NCBI GenBank assembly: GCA_011390135.1
Contig: JAABSZ010000001.1
Span: 13,312 to 77,311 of the forward strand
Length of the DNA stretch: 64,000 nt
Reading direction: 5' to 3'
Source of the DNA: Desulfobacteraceae bacterium
GTDB taxonomy: Bacteria > Desulfobacterota > Desulfobacteria > Desulfobacterales > JAABSP01
Shown here: positions 16,804 to 26,095 of the stretch, in pieces
How positions within the stretch are numbered: position 1 is the stretch's first letter
How the letters are laid out: every line of letters starts with the position of its first letter
The notes under the pieces: generated by a model
What the model was told of the DNA's origin: nothing
Databases searched by the model: none
The model's input: only the letters and a program-made list of their open reading frames with translations
Program-made: the position numbers and the translations under genes

Positions 16804-18689
16804 ATATGCGCCGTTCTTCGGGCAGTACCATCGGCGGGATCGTCTTCAAACTCTCGCTGAAGGATCTGAAACACGAGTGGATTCTGACCCTGTGTCTGAT
16901 CATGGCCATCTCGGCCGTGCTGTCGCCGCTGCTGCTCCTCTTCGGCCTCAAGTTCGGCATCATTGCATGGGCCCGGGATTACCTGACCCAGGACCCCCGG
17001 TACCGGGAGATCCGGCCACTGACCAGTAAATCCTTCGCGCCCGAATGGTTCGAGGAGATGGAACAACGGGAGGATGTGGCCTTTATCGTTCCCATGACCC
17101 GGCAGATCTCCGCGACCGTGAAGGCGAACGTCAAGGGAAAGACCGGGAGCGAGCAGTTCAATGTCATTCCGACCCGTCCCGGTGATCCGCTCCTTCTGGA
17201 AAACGGCGCAGCCGTTCCAGAACCGGGAGAGTGTGTGCTGACAAAGTTTGCAGCCGAAGCCTTGGGGGCAGCCGTCGGTGATGTGATCGAGGCCAGTGCC
17301 GGCCGGATCGTCGGAAGCCGCTATGAGTACGGAACCCTGGAGATGCGGGTGGCCGGGATTCTGTCGCTGCGGGCCAGCGAGCTGAAGTCGGTCTATGTGC
17401 AGCTCGACATCCTCGAAGCCATCGAGCAGTACAAGGACGGACAGGCCGTGCCTGAGCTGGGCTGGTCCGGATCGACGCCCAAAGCCTATCCCCTGTATGA
17501 CGGTTTGATCATCGCGATGCGGGCCCCGTTGAGCAAGGTGGAGGAGTACAGCCTCTTCAACCGGACCGGATTTACAAAGATCGAGACCCTGGACAACGCC
17601 GAGCTGAAGGCCAGGGCCGGCTTTACCGTCTCATCGGAGATGACGGTCTATCGCCTCTATACCCAGACCAAACCGGCAGGAGAGGAGAGCATCCGAAATG
17701 TGGAGAACCGGTTGAGGGGGGAGAATGCGGTCATTTTCCCCTGGATCGCCCCCATCGGAGCCGAGCTGACCGACGGGGCCGGAAACCGGATCTCGGAAAT
17801 TTTTCTGCAGGGCCTTTCGACCGCGGGCAAAAGGCCTCATGCCGTCGGCCTTTCCCCCGCGCCCGACTGGAAAGGGGCCGATGCATCCGACGGAATGCCC
17901 CTGGCGGTGATGCTGCCCGAGGGAATCGACGTTCCTGATGAAGAGGTCTTCATTCGGGTGGCCGGCGAGGAGAATCTTTTGACCTTCCCGGTATCCATCC
18001 TGCCGCAGCGGACCGACGCGGAGATCGCCTTCGTTCCAGAGCGGCTCGCGGGGATTTTGCGACTCTTCGGAACCCGAAACATCCGGTATGATGAAACCAT
18101 AGGGGAATTCGTCCTCTTTCGGAAGGGGTATGCCGGCTTTCGCCTCTATGCCCGAAGCATCTTCGACGTGGACCCGCTGCGCAGATTTTTCGACGCACAG
18201 GCCCTGCCGGTGCATACGGAGATCAACGAGATCCGGAAGGTCATCGAGCTGGACCGGGGGATGACGCTGATCTTCTGGCTGCTGGCCCTGGTGGGGATCG
18301 CGGGAAGTGTGGCCTCCCTGGTGGCAAGCCTCTACGCTTCAGTGGAGCGGAAGAAGCGGGAGATGAGCGTGCTGCGGCTGATCGGTCTGTCGGGGCCCAA
18401 GCTCTTCCGGTTTCCCATCTATCAGGGAATGCTGATCGGAACCGGGGGCTTTCTGGCGTCGCTGGTTCTTTTTTCTATCTTCTCCAGGATGATCAACAGT
18501 TGGTTCCGGCCCTATGTGGACAAGCTGCTCGGTTTTCCCATGGAGGCCGGGGTCAACTTCTGCCGGCTGCCGCTGCTCCATATGAGCATAGCGCTTATGG
18601 GAACAATTGCCATCTCGGCGCTGGCTGCGATGATCGCGGCCATGCGGGTGACGAGAATCGAGCCGGCCGAAGCCCTGAGAGATGAGTGA
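16800..18689 (+). CDS. FtsX/MacB-type (type VII) ABC permease with a large periplasmic domain
   Basis: ATGA overlap with the ATPase gene. One N-terminal TM, a hydrophilic loop of about 420 aa, then three C-terminal TMs forming an FtsX-type domain (..SVERKKREMSVLRLIGLSGPKLF.., ..MRVTRIEPAEALRDE). Confidence 0.8.
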   Translation: MNMRRSSGSTIGGIVFKLSLKDLKHEWILTLCLIMAISAVLSPLLLLFGLKFGIIAWARDYLTQDPRYREIRPLTSKSFAPEWFEEMEQREDVAFIVPMTRQISATVKANVKGKTGSEQFNVIPTRPGDPLLLENGAAVPEPGECVLTKFAAEALGAAVGDVIEASAGRIVGSRYEYGTLEMRVAGILSLRASELKSVYVQLDILEAIEQYKDGQAVPELGWSGSTPKAYPLYDGLIIAMRAPLSKVEEYSLFNRTGFTKIETLDNAELKARAGFTVSSEMTVYRLYTQTKPAGEESIRNVENRLRGENAVIFPWIAPIGAELTDGAGNRISEIFLQGLSTAGKRPHAVGLSPAPDWKGADASDGMPLAVMLPEGIDVPDEEVFIRVAGEENLLTFPVSILPQRTDAEIAFVPERLAGILRLFGTRNIRYDETIGEFVLFRKGYAGFRLYARSIFDVDPLRRFFDAQALPVHTEINEIRKVIELDRGMTLIFWLLALVGIAGSVASLVASLYASVERKKREMSVLRLIGLSGPKLFRFPIYQGMLIGTGGFLASLVLFSIFSRMINSWFRPYVDKLLGFPMEAGVNFCRLPLLHMSIALMGTIAISALAAMIAAMRVTRIEPAEALRDE

Positions 18690-18730
18690 GGCATTTGGTT
18701 GAAATATTCGGATCTGCGAGGAAAAACAAC

Positions 18731-20299
18731 ATGAAAAGAATTCTTCTGACCGCCGTTTTCCTGCTGTCTGCCGCGGGTATCTGCATGGCGGACATCCACA
18801 ACCCCAAGCCCGCAGACGGCGATTTCATTCTTCCCATGCCCGGCGGCGGAAATATGGTCTTCCGGCCAGTCTTCATCGGCGAGGGAAACAAGCCCTTTGC
18901 CCTGAAGCAGTACAGAATGGGAGATCCGGGGGGCGGTTTCAAAGAGTACCCGACCGATGTGAGCGTTGGCGGTGCATTTGTGGCGGCCCCGCCGACGGGG
19001 CCGCCGGACTGGGTCTATTATATGGGAAAGTATGAGGTCACGGAGGCCCAGTATGCCGCGGTCATGGAGCCGGGAAGCCGGAACGAGAGCCGGGAGCCGA
19101 TCTCCGATATCTCCTGGTTCGACGCACAGGACTTCACCCGGAAATACAATCTCTGGCTCTTTGAAAACGCGGGGGACAAGCTGCCGAAAAACGAGGAGAC
19201 GCCGGGGTTTCTGCGGCTGCCCACCGAAGTGGAGTGGGAGTTTGCCGCACGGGGAGGAAGTGCGGTGGAACCGAACCAGTTCGCAAAAAAATACTCCTAT
19301 CCGGGCCCCCTGACCAAATATGAGTGGTTTGCGGGTCCGTCATCATCCCACGGCAAGAAAAAAAATATCGGGATTCTCGAGCCCAATCCCCTGGGGATTC
19401 ACGACATGCTCGGCAATGTCGCGGAGATGACTCACTCCTTCTATCGGATCGAATACTACCAGGGCCGGGTGGGCGGCTTCGTCTCCCGGGGCGGACACAG
19501 CTATACTGCCGAAGGGAGTGTCCGTTCCTCCCTCAGAGAGGAGATCCCCTTTTACAAGCGCATCAGCGGAAAGACCGTCGCGACCCGGCAGCCGACATTG
19601 GGATTCCGGCTGGTGATCTCCTCTCCCATCTATGCAAGCCGAAGCACTTCAAAGGATCTGGAAACGGCATGGGATGAATATGTGAAGACCACGAGACAGC
19701 CGCCCACTCCCCGGCCCATCTATAAGACCCTGCCCCTTTCGGCCAGAACCGATGTCCGCCTGGCGGAGGCAATGGAGAATCTGAAGCGCCTTGTGGACAC
19801 CCTCAACACGATTCCCGATGCCCCACAGGACGCTTTTGAGCAGTTGGGGCTTTTGAATGCTTCCTTTCAGAACATCGAGTCCCTGGTGAAAAAGGCCGAG
19901 CACGATTCGGCATTTGCATGGGTCAAGGTGGCGTCGGAGACGGCCTATCTCATCGCGGTCCGGGAGATGAAGGAGCTGCCCGGAAAGCGAAAAGCCCTGG
20001 AGATCGCAACCAATATGGGCAAGACCGGGCTGATCGACAATATTTCAAAACAGATCCGGGACAAGGAGCAGAACATCAAGGAGGGGCTGAACAGCTACGG
20101 CTTTGCCTTCATGCAGTTGGAGAAAATCGCCGAAGAAAGCGTGAACAGGGGATTTGACCGATACCGGGATTTTCTGCTGCGCAGGGATGCGCCGGAGCAG
20201 ATCCGGATGTCCAATATCGTTCGTCAACATTACCGGGATTATATGGACAGCCGGCGGTTGAACGCGGAGAAGTGGGAGGCGGATCTGATGGGTTTCTGA
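18731..20299 (+). CDS. Secreted FGE/SUMF1 (formylglycine-generating-enzyme fold) domain protein with a helical C-terminal extension
   Basis: Signal peptide MKRILLTAVFLLSAAGICMA. FGE-sulfatase motifs: WFDAQDFTRKYN, LRLPTEVEWEFAARGG, NPLGIHDMLGNVAEM, SRGGHSY, PTLGFRLV. Confidence 0.75.
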   Translation: MKRILLTAVFLLSAAGICMADIHNPKPADGDFILPMPGGGNMVFRPVFIGEGNKPFALKQYRMGDPGGGFKEYPTDVSVGGAFVAAPPTGPPDWVYYMGKYEVTEAQYAAVMEPGSRNESREPISDISWFDAQDFTRKYNLWLFENAGDKLPKNEETPGFLRLPTEVEWEFAARGGSAVEPNQFAKKYSYPGPLTKYEWFAGPSSSHGKKKNIGILEPNPLGIHDMLGNVAEMTHSFYRIEYYQGRVGGFVSRGGHSYTAEGSVRSSLREEIPFYKRISGKTVATRQPTLGFRLVISSPIYASRSTSKDLETAWDEYVKTTRQPPTPRPIYKTLPLSARTDVRLAEAMENLKRLVDTLNTIPDAPQDAFEQLGLLNASFQNIESLVKKAEHDSAFAWVKVASETAYLIAVREMKELPGKRKALEIATNMGKTGLIDNISKQIRDKEQNIKEGLNSYGFAFMQLEKIAEESVNRGFDRYRDFLLRRDAPEQIRMSNIVRQHYRDYMDSRRLNAEKWEADLMGF

Positions 20300-20342
20300 T
20301 CCGTTTGTATGAATGATTGAATGGTTTGGAAAGGAGGATGTT

Positions 20343-21002
20343 ATGCGGAAAGAATTTGTCACTGTTTTGATGATCGCAGCTTTTGTTGCGGGCTGTGCGG
20401 GGATGTCGGACAGCCGGCGGACAAAGACCGAGGGAACGGCAGCGGGCGCGGGGATCGGTGCTGTTGTCGGTGCTGCCGCAGGGCAGATATTCGGTAGAGA
20501 TACAGAGAGTACTGTGATCGGTGCTGCTCTTGGTGCTGCGATTGGCGGCGGTGCAGGATGGGTCTACGGCAACCATGTCGCGAATAAAAAGGCACAATAT
20601 GCAAGCCAGGAGGATTATCTGAATGCCTGCATCGCCTCCGCACGCCAAGTGAATAACGAAACTCGGCAATACAACGCTTCCTTACGGACGGAGATCAGCC
20701 GGCTGAACCAGGAAATCGACCTGCTGGTGGCCAAAAACCGGCAAAACCGATCCTATCGAAACCAACTGGCCAGAAAGCGGGAGGAGGTTCAGCAGAAACA
20801 AACGGATGCGAATAACCGGTTGCAGAGAGCCCAGGATGAGGTGGCCATCCAGAAAGAAGTCCTCTCCAGAGAGAAGGGAGGGGGATCATCCAATGAAGTG
20901 AGGGCCCTCGATCAGGAAATCGCAAGGCTGGAGCAGACCGCACGGGAACTGGAGAGCCAGACCCAGGCCCTTGCCGCGATCGATCAGAAAGCCAGAATCT
21001 AA
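20343..21002 (+). CDS. Glycine-zipper lipoprotein with a coiled-coil C-terminal half
   Basis: Lipobox FVAGC. Glycine zipper GTAAGAGIGAVVGAAAGQ..GAALGAAIGGGAGWVYG. Heptad-rich Q/R/E tail. Confidence 0.7.
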   Translation: MRKEFVTVLMIAAFVAGCAGMSDSRRTKTEGTAAGAGIGAVVGAAAGQIFGRDTESTVIGAALGAAIGGGAGWVYGNHVANKKAQYASQEDYLNACIASARQVNNETRQYNASLRTEISRLNQEIDLLVAKNRQNRSYRNQLARKREEVQQKQTDANNRLQRAQDEVAIQKEVLSREKGGGSSNEVRALDQEIARLEQTARELESQTQALAAIDQKARI

Positions 21003-21032
21003 CCCTTTTCATCGAAAAAAGAGGAGGTCTTC

Positions 21033-21506
21033 ATGAAAAAGCTTTTCTTCTTCCTTCTGCTTCTGCTGCTGTTCGGGTGCGAGACCACAGGAGATCCACG
21101 CCAGGGCGGGTTTTTCGGATGGAATGAGGGCAAGGCGCAACAGCGGCAGGGCAGCCTGAGAGGAACCCTTTCGGAGGAGGAGGACGCGGGGAGGAGGGAT
21201 AAAGCCGCTTCCGGAGAACTGGAAAGGGAGCGGCAGGCCCGGACCGCAGAGGAGGCGAGCCTGAGAAGTGATCTCGCTACGCTCGATGCGGATCTGAACC
21301 GGATTCAGCAGCAGATCCAAAGTGCGGAGGCCGGCACGGTTCAACAGCAGAGAAAGAAACAGAAGGCGCAGCAGGAACTGGCGAGGTTAAAGAAGCAGAA
21401 GGGGCAGATCCAGAAGAGCAGCCTTGCGGTTCAGCAGAAGAAGGAGAAAATCGAAATGCTCAACCGGGAGATCGAAAGCCTTCTACAGATGGTTTCAAAC
21501 CTATGA
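21033..21506 (+). CDS. Small coiled-coil lipoprotein
   Basis: Lipobox LLFGC followed by an E/Q/R/K-rich helical sequence. RBS gaggagg. Confidence 0.6.
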   Translation: MKKLFFFLLLLLLFGCETTGDPRQGGFFGWNEGKAQQRQGSLRGTLSEEEDAGRRDKAASGELERERQARTAEEASLRSDLATLDADLNRIQQQIQSAEAGTVQQQRKKQKAQQELARLKKQKGQIQKSSLAVQQKKEKIEMLNREIESLLQMVSNL

Positions 21507-22924
21507 GAAATCTTCCCGGCGCAAATTGCCGGAGCAGGGAGGGCTTCCGCGGCGGCGGGATTTGGCGTACCGGGATTCTGTGGGTGCTGATCTCGCTTCT
21601 GATCGTTTTCATTCCCTCCTGCGTCTACTCCGATCTTCAGCAGAAATCGAATCCGATTCAGGTCCGGGGCGTGGACCCGCTCTCTGTGCATCGCCGGCTC
21701 GAATCTGCCGGATTCGAGCCCGGCCCCTATTCCGAAACCGATACTGCGGAATTGTCCGAAGCCGTCAGGCGATTTCAGCGGTTTGCGAAACTCGATCCCA
21801 CCGGAAAAGTTGACGGGGCCACATGGAAAAAGATGCAGCTTCTGTATGATCCCCGCTCCGCATCGGGGCAGCCGGCCCGTGTATCGGCGGAATCTCCGGG
21901 AACTGCCGCCCGAAGCGGTGGAAAGAATCGCTCACCGGGGGGCCGGAAGGTCTCCATCGGCCCGGCATGGCCCCCCATCATCGTGCAGATCACTCAGGAG
22001 ATCCTGAACCGGCTCGACTATAATCCGGGGAGAGCCGATGGGGTTTGGGATTCGAAGACCGCCGCGGCCATCGGACGTTATCAGAAGGAGAGCGGCATGG
22101 CTGCGACAGATTCCATTGACAGGAAGACCCTTGCCGCGCTGATCGAATCCGATTGCAGGGACGGCTGTGAGTTCCGGCTCTTCATGACACCGGCGGATAT
22201 GGCCGTTCTTTCGGCCCTCTGGTTTGCCGATGCCGAACCCGTCGAGGGGACAACCCTCGAAGGCTTTCTGATCCAGGCCCTCCAGATCATGCTGCAGAGA
22301 AGCGGATATGAAACCGATCCCCCCGGCGATATGGGCACTGAAACCCGAAGGGCCGTCCGGGAATTTCAAAGCACCCTTCCCGGAGGGAAAAGGGGAGTGG
22401 TGAACGCCGAAACCGTCCATGCGCTTTTCTCCCGGCTGTGCGCCGGCGGATGCCAGTTCATCGTATCTAATCAGTTGGGTTCCCCTGCATCCCGCCAACA
22501 GTCGTCCCCACTGGCCGGAGCCGGACTGGAGCCTATTCCCCCGAACCGAAGTTACGAAAACTATCCCCTGAACGTCGGCGACAATGCCTTTGCCGTGGAA
22601 AAATCGGAATGTTCGGATATCTCGGGGGACTGGATCATCTTCTACGAAGGAATCGTGGCGGAAAAGGAGAGGGATTCGGTTTCCGTCCGTCTGGAGAAGC
22701 GGTTCGGCTACCGTTTCCATCCCGGCAGCGAGGGGCTCGACAAGACGGACTGGTGGTGCATTCCCCGAAGACGGCACTGCTATTCGACCATCGACTTCAA
22801 GGACTGGGGAGGAGCCTATGCGCCGGGACAGGTGATCAGTTTTCCGGCAGACCGGGTCTTCAACGCCCGGATCACCATAATCAACGGCATCTCCCAATAT
22901 CTTCGAACCTATTGCAGACGATGA
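21503..22924 (+). CDS. Membrane-anchored protein with three PG_binding_1-like modules and a Cys-containing C-terminal domain
   Basis: ATGA overlap with the upstream gene and an N-terminal TM. The first module, HRRLESAGFEPGPYSETDTAELSEAVRRFQRFAKLDPTGKVDGATWKKMQLLYDP, is nearly identical in pattern to the modules in 5989..7521 and 8080..9636. Two further modules are more divergent (..GRADGVWDSKTAAAIGRYQKESGM.., ..TRRAVREFQSTLPG..). Confidence 0.7.
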   Translation: MRNLPGANCRSREGFRGGGIWRTGILWVLISLLIVFIPSCVYSDLQQKSNPIQVRGVDPLSVHRRLESAGFEPGPYSETDTAELSEAVRRFQRFAKLDPTGKVDGATWKKMQLLYDPRSASGQPARVSAESPGTAARSGGKNRSPGGRKVSIGPAWPPIIVQITQEILNRLDYNPGRADGVWDSKTAAAIGRYQKESGMAATDSIDRKTLAALIESDCRDGCEFRLFMTPADMAVLSALWFADAEPVEGTTLEGFLIQALQIMLQRSGYETDPPGDMGTETRRAVREFQSTLPGGKRGVVNAETVHALFSRLCAGGCQFIVSNQLGSPASRQQSSPLAGAGLEPIPPNRSYENYPLNVGDNAFAVEKSECSDISGDWIIFYEGIVAEKERDSVSVRLEKRFGYRFHPGSEGLDKTDWWCIPRRRHCYSTIDFKDWGGAYAPGQVISFPADRVFNARITIINGISQYLRTYCRR

Positions 22925-22934
22925 AAAATCCCTT

Positions 22935-24851
22935 ATGAAAAAGCCGACAGCCCGATTCCTCTGTTTTGTCCTTTCCGCGATCCTGACGGCCCTTCTCCTT
23001 GCGGCTCGACTCCCTGCCCGCGCTTACGGAGAAAGCTGGACCGACGCGCCGGAGATGCTTCTGTATTATGAAGCCATGACCAAAATCGCCTCGCGCGCGC
23101 TGGATCAGCCTTCCCGACGGGAGGTGGTGCAGAAATCCCTGAACGCCTATCTGCAGAGCATCGATCCTTTCTCCAACTATCTGACACCGGAAGCGTATAC
23201 AGCTTTCAAGGCATCCATGAAGGGCGACTTTGTCGGCATCGGTATGGAGATCGAAAAGAACGGGGCCGGTAAGATCATCTGTCTGCCCTATCCGGATCAA
23301 CCGGCCTATGGGGCCGGAATCCGGGCCGGGGATATCCTGGAAAAAGTGGAAGGGGTTTCGGTTTCGGGAAAATCCGTCTTTGAAGTCGCTGCCATGACAA
23401 AGGGGGAGGAGGGAACATCGGTGCTGTTGACGATCCGCTCCGGAATGGGGGGGCGGCAGAAGGATCTTCGCATCAGTCGAACATCGGTTCATGTAAAGTC
23501 CGTTGAAGTGAACCGGATGGAGGGAATTCCGGTGATCCGGATCAAATATTTCGGAACCGGAACCCAGCGGGAGCTGAAACTCGCCCTTTCGGGGCTGGGC
23601 CCGTCCGCGCCCCTGGTGATCGATCTTCGGGACAATCCCGGGGGGGATCTCAATGCCGGCATCGATTCGGCCATGCTGTTCCTGGAAAAGGGCAAGACCA
23701 TCGTGACAGTTGAAAAGACCGATGAAAGCTTTCCCTATATGAGTTTGGGGAACATCATCAACGCAGCATCTCCGCTCTACCTGTGGCAGAACCGGGGAAC
23801 CGCGAGCGCCGGGGAGGTTTTTATCGCAGCCCTCACCGACAACGATCGGGCCGTCTCCGTCGGGGAGAGAACCTATGGAAAGGGCACTATCCAGGAGATC
23901 ATTCCCTTAAGCGACAGTTCCGCCATATTCCTGACCACGGGCCGGCTCGTAATTCCAAACGGTGAAAAGTATCACGGCAGGGGGCTGGCTCCGACCCATC
24001 CCCTGGGGCCTTCAGAACTGGGGGATGCGGATTATCTGTCACGGGTAAAGGAACTGATGGGCGGGAATAAGGAAAAGCCGAATGCTTCGGCGGGCGAGGG
24101 ACGCCGGGATTTACAGAAAAGCGTATCGCTCAGAACCGTTTCCAAAAGAGAGACCGTTGAAAAAGCGGTTCCTGAAATCGTTGTGGCCGTTAATCCGAAG
24201 CAAAATTATCTGATATGCTTTAAAAAGCGCCATGCTGCAAAAGAGGAGGCCGAGATCTGGGCCTCGGTGGTCCGGAATTCCCTAAGCGATGCCGGCCGCC
24301 AATTCCTGATGCGTACCGCCGGAGCAGACGGCGACGGCCAAGGGTTTATGGTCTGTCTGGGCCCCTATGAAACGGCCCGGGATGCCCGGAAACGGGGGGA
24401 TACCGTGGCCCATGCCATGAAGGAGAAGGTGTTCGTAAGACAGATTGCGCCGGGAGAAAACGACCGAATCCGGAAGCATCGGGATGCTTCGTTCCCATCG
24501 AACAACGACGACAGGGAGCAGTGGTATATCCAGATTCTTTCCTCGACCCATAGAGATCCGATGATCGATCGATTCAAAAGCCTTTCAGATGTTTTGCGGG
24601 AAAGGGGAATCGACACGGTTCTTCAGATATCGACGGAAAAGGTGAATCAGGAGACGCTGCTGGACAGGAGATACATCGAAGAGCAGGGGATTGCGGCCAT
24701 TCTGGTGGAAGAGGGTGATGCGGATTTGACCCGATATAAGATACTGGTGGGCCCCTATGTTCACAAGGATGATGATCTTCTGCAGAAACTGGTGAAGGAT
24801 GGCCTGATCGATGCCGAATCCTTCTGGGTTAAGCCGATTTCAATGAAGTGA
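22935..24851 (+). CDS. S41 family C-terminal processing peptidase (PDZ + S41) fused to two SPOR-like repeats
   Basis: PDZ GIGMEIEKNG..GIRAGDILEKVEG. S41 motifs DLRDNPGG, NRGTASAGE, TYGKGT. The C-terminal ~200 aa contains two units with a SPOR-like pattern (..FMVCLGPYETARDARK.., ..YKILVGPYVHKDD..); the SPOR call is tentative. Confidence 0.75.
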   Translation: MKKPTARFLCFVLSAILTALLLAARLPARAYGESWTDAPEMLLYYEAMTKIASRALDQPSRREVVQKSLNAYLQSIDPFSNYLTPEAYTAFKASMKGDFVGIGMEIEKNGAGKIICLPYPDQPAYGAGIRAGDILEKVEGVSVSGKSVFEVAAMTKGEEGTSVLLTIRSGMGGRQKDLRISRTSVHVKSVEVNRMEGIPVIRIKYFGTGTQRELKLALSGLGPSAPLVIDLRDNPGGDLNAGIDSAMLFLEKGKTIVTVEKTDESFPYMSLGNIINAASPLYLWQNRGTASAGEVFIAALTDNDRAVSVGERTYGKGTIQEIIPLSDSSAIFLTTGRLVIPNGEKYHGRGLAPTHPLGPSELGDADYLSRVKELMGGNKEKPNASAGEGRRDLQKSVSLRTVSKRETVEKAVPEIVVAVNPKQNYLICFKKRHAAKEEAEIWASVVRNSLSDAGRQFLMRTAGADGDGQGFMVCLGPYETARDARKRGDTVAHAMKEKVFVRQIAPGENDRIRKHRDASFPSNNDDREQWYIQILSSTHRDPMIDRFKSLSDVLRERGIDTVLQISTEKVNQETLLDRRYIEEQGIAAILVEEGDADLTRYKILVGPYVHKDDDLLQKLVKDGLIDAESFWVKPISMK

Positions 24852-24867
24852 TTCGGGTGGGATCGGA

Positions 24868-26079
24868 TTATTTGAAATCAAAGCTCTTTTTGACCAACTG
24901 ATCCGGTAGAATGGTAAAAGTTCTGGTCTCGTCGATTCCCAGCTCCCGATTGACGAACCGGACAATAATGTTTCCAGCGGGCAGTTTCAGCTTGGCTTTC
25001 GGGGTTCTTCCGTATGCTTTGCCGTTGATGTATATCTCGGTCCAGGGCTTTGAAACGATATTGAGATAACCGTCTCCTTTCGGTTTGGGCCGAGGAACAC
25101 TTATCTGACGAATCTCGGCCGGTCGAGCAATGGCAAAGGTTCCTTCATAATCCCGGGTATTGTCCCTTTCATCCCATACCCGAACCCGATACCGGTGAAT
25201 GCCGTCGGCCAATCCCTCTGTTGACAGGGCTTCCTCCACTGTTTCCGACTTTCCTTCAACCGCCCATTCCCTCGTGATATCCGTTCCTTCCAAGATGAAG
25301 TAGAGCGCCTTCAGCCCCCGGTCATCCATTGCTTTGATTTTGAAGCGAATCTTCTCCCCCTGCTGATATTCGGGCGCTATACCGATGACCTCGGCCGTCG
25401 GCTTTACGGCATCGACCGGCGGGACCACGGCAAGGGTGCCTTCGTAGTCCCGGAAATTGCCGGTTTCATCCGATACCCGAACCTGATACCGATAGACCCC
25501 CTCAGCCCATTCCCGGGTTGAAAAAGAGTCTTCCACGGATGCCGATTTTCCTTCCAATACCCATTCTGCTTTTATATCCGTTTTTTCCACGGAAAAGGAG
25601 AGGCTTTTCAATGCCCGATTGTCCTGGGCAGTAATCTTGATCCGGGCCATCTCTCCTTGCGGATAACGCCCCTGTATCCGGCTCATTTCCGCAGATGGGG
25701 GAAGGGGATCGGCCGATATCAGGGCATTGTTGAATCGCTCTGTGAAAGCGGGGGGGAGATCTTCTGCAATGGCGCGGATATCCTCGATGCCTGCGGCCGG
25801 ATATATCGAGATCAGATTCCGGATATAGGCATCGGCCCCGCCGAAATTCCGGTATGCGATCTCGATCAGGGCCAGGTAGACGAGCGCCTTTTGAATGACG
25901 GCATCTTCATGCTTTTCCGCCGACAGCAGAACCAGGATCTCTTTGGCCTTTTCAAATCGTGCGGACTGATAATGTTCGACCGCATCGGCAAGAGATGCCT
26001 CTCCGTCCGAAGCTGGGCTGTACCCAGTTGAAATCAGAAGGAAAATCGTGGCAACAGCAAGAATAGGGGCTCGTTTCAA
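24868..26079 (-). CDS. Secreted protein: TPR-like N-domain + two Ig-like repeats + C-terminal PEGA domain
   Basis: Signal peptide present. Two ~90-aa repeats (..ITAQDNRALKSLSFSVE..GVYRYQVRVSDETGN.. and ..IKAMDDRGLKALYFILE..GIHRYRVRVWDERDN..). PEGA-like GYLNIVSKPWTEIYINGKAYGRTPKAKLKLPAGNIIVRFV. Confidence 0.65.
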   Translation of the reverse strand: MKRAPILAVATIFLLISTGYSPASDGEASLADAVEHYQSARFEKAKEILVLLSAEKHEDAVIQKALVYLALIEIAYRNFGGADAYIRNLISIYPAAGIEDIRAIAEDLPPAFTERFNNALISADPLPPSAEMSRIQGRYPQGEMARIKITAQDNRALKSLSFSVEKTDIKAEWVLEGKSASVEDSFSTREWAEGVYRYQVRVSDETGNFRDYEGTLAVVPPVDAVKPTAEVIGIAPEYQQGEKIRFKIKAMDDRGLKALYFILEGTDITREWAVEGKSETVEEALSTEGLADGIHRYRVRVWDERDNTRDYEGTFAIARPAEIRQISVPRPKPKGDGYLNIVSKPWTEIYINGKAYGRTPKAKLKLPAGNIIVRFVNRELGIDETRTFTILPDQLVKKSFDFK

Positions 26080-26095
26080 TGTGCATTCCTGTTCC

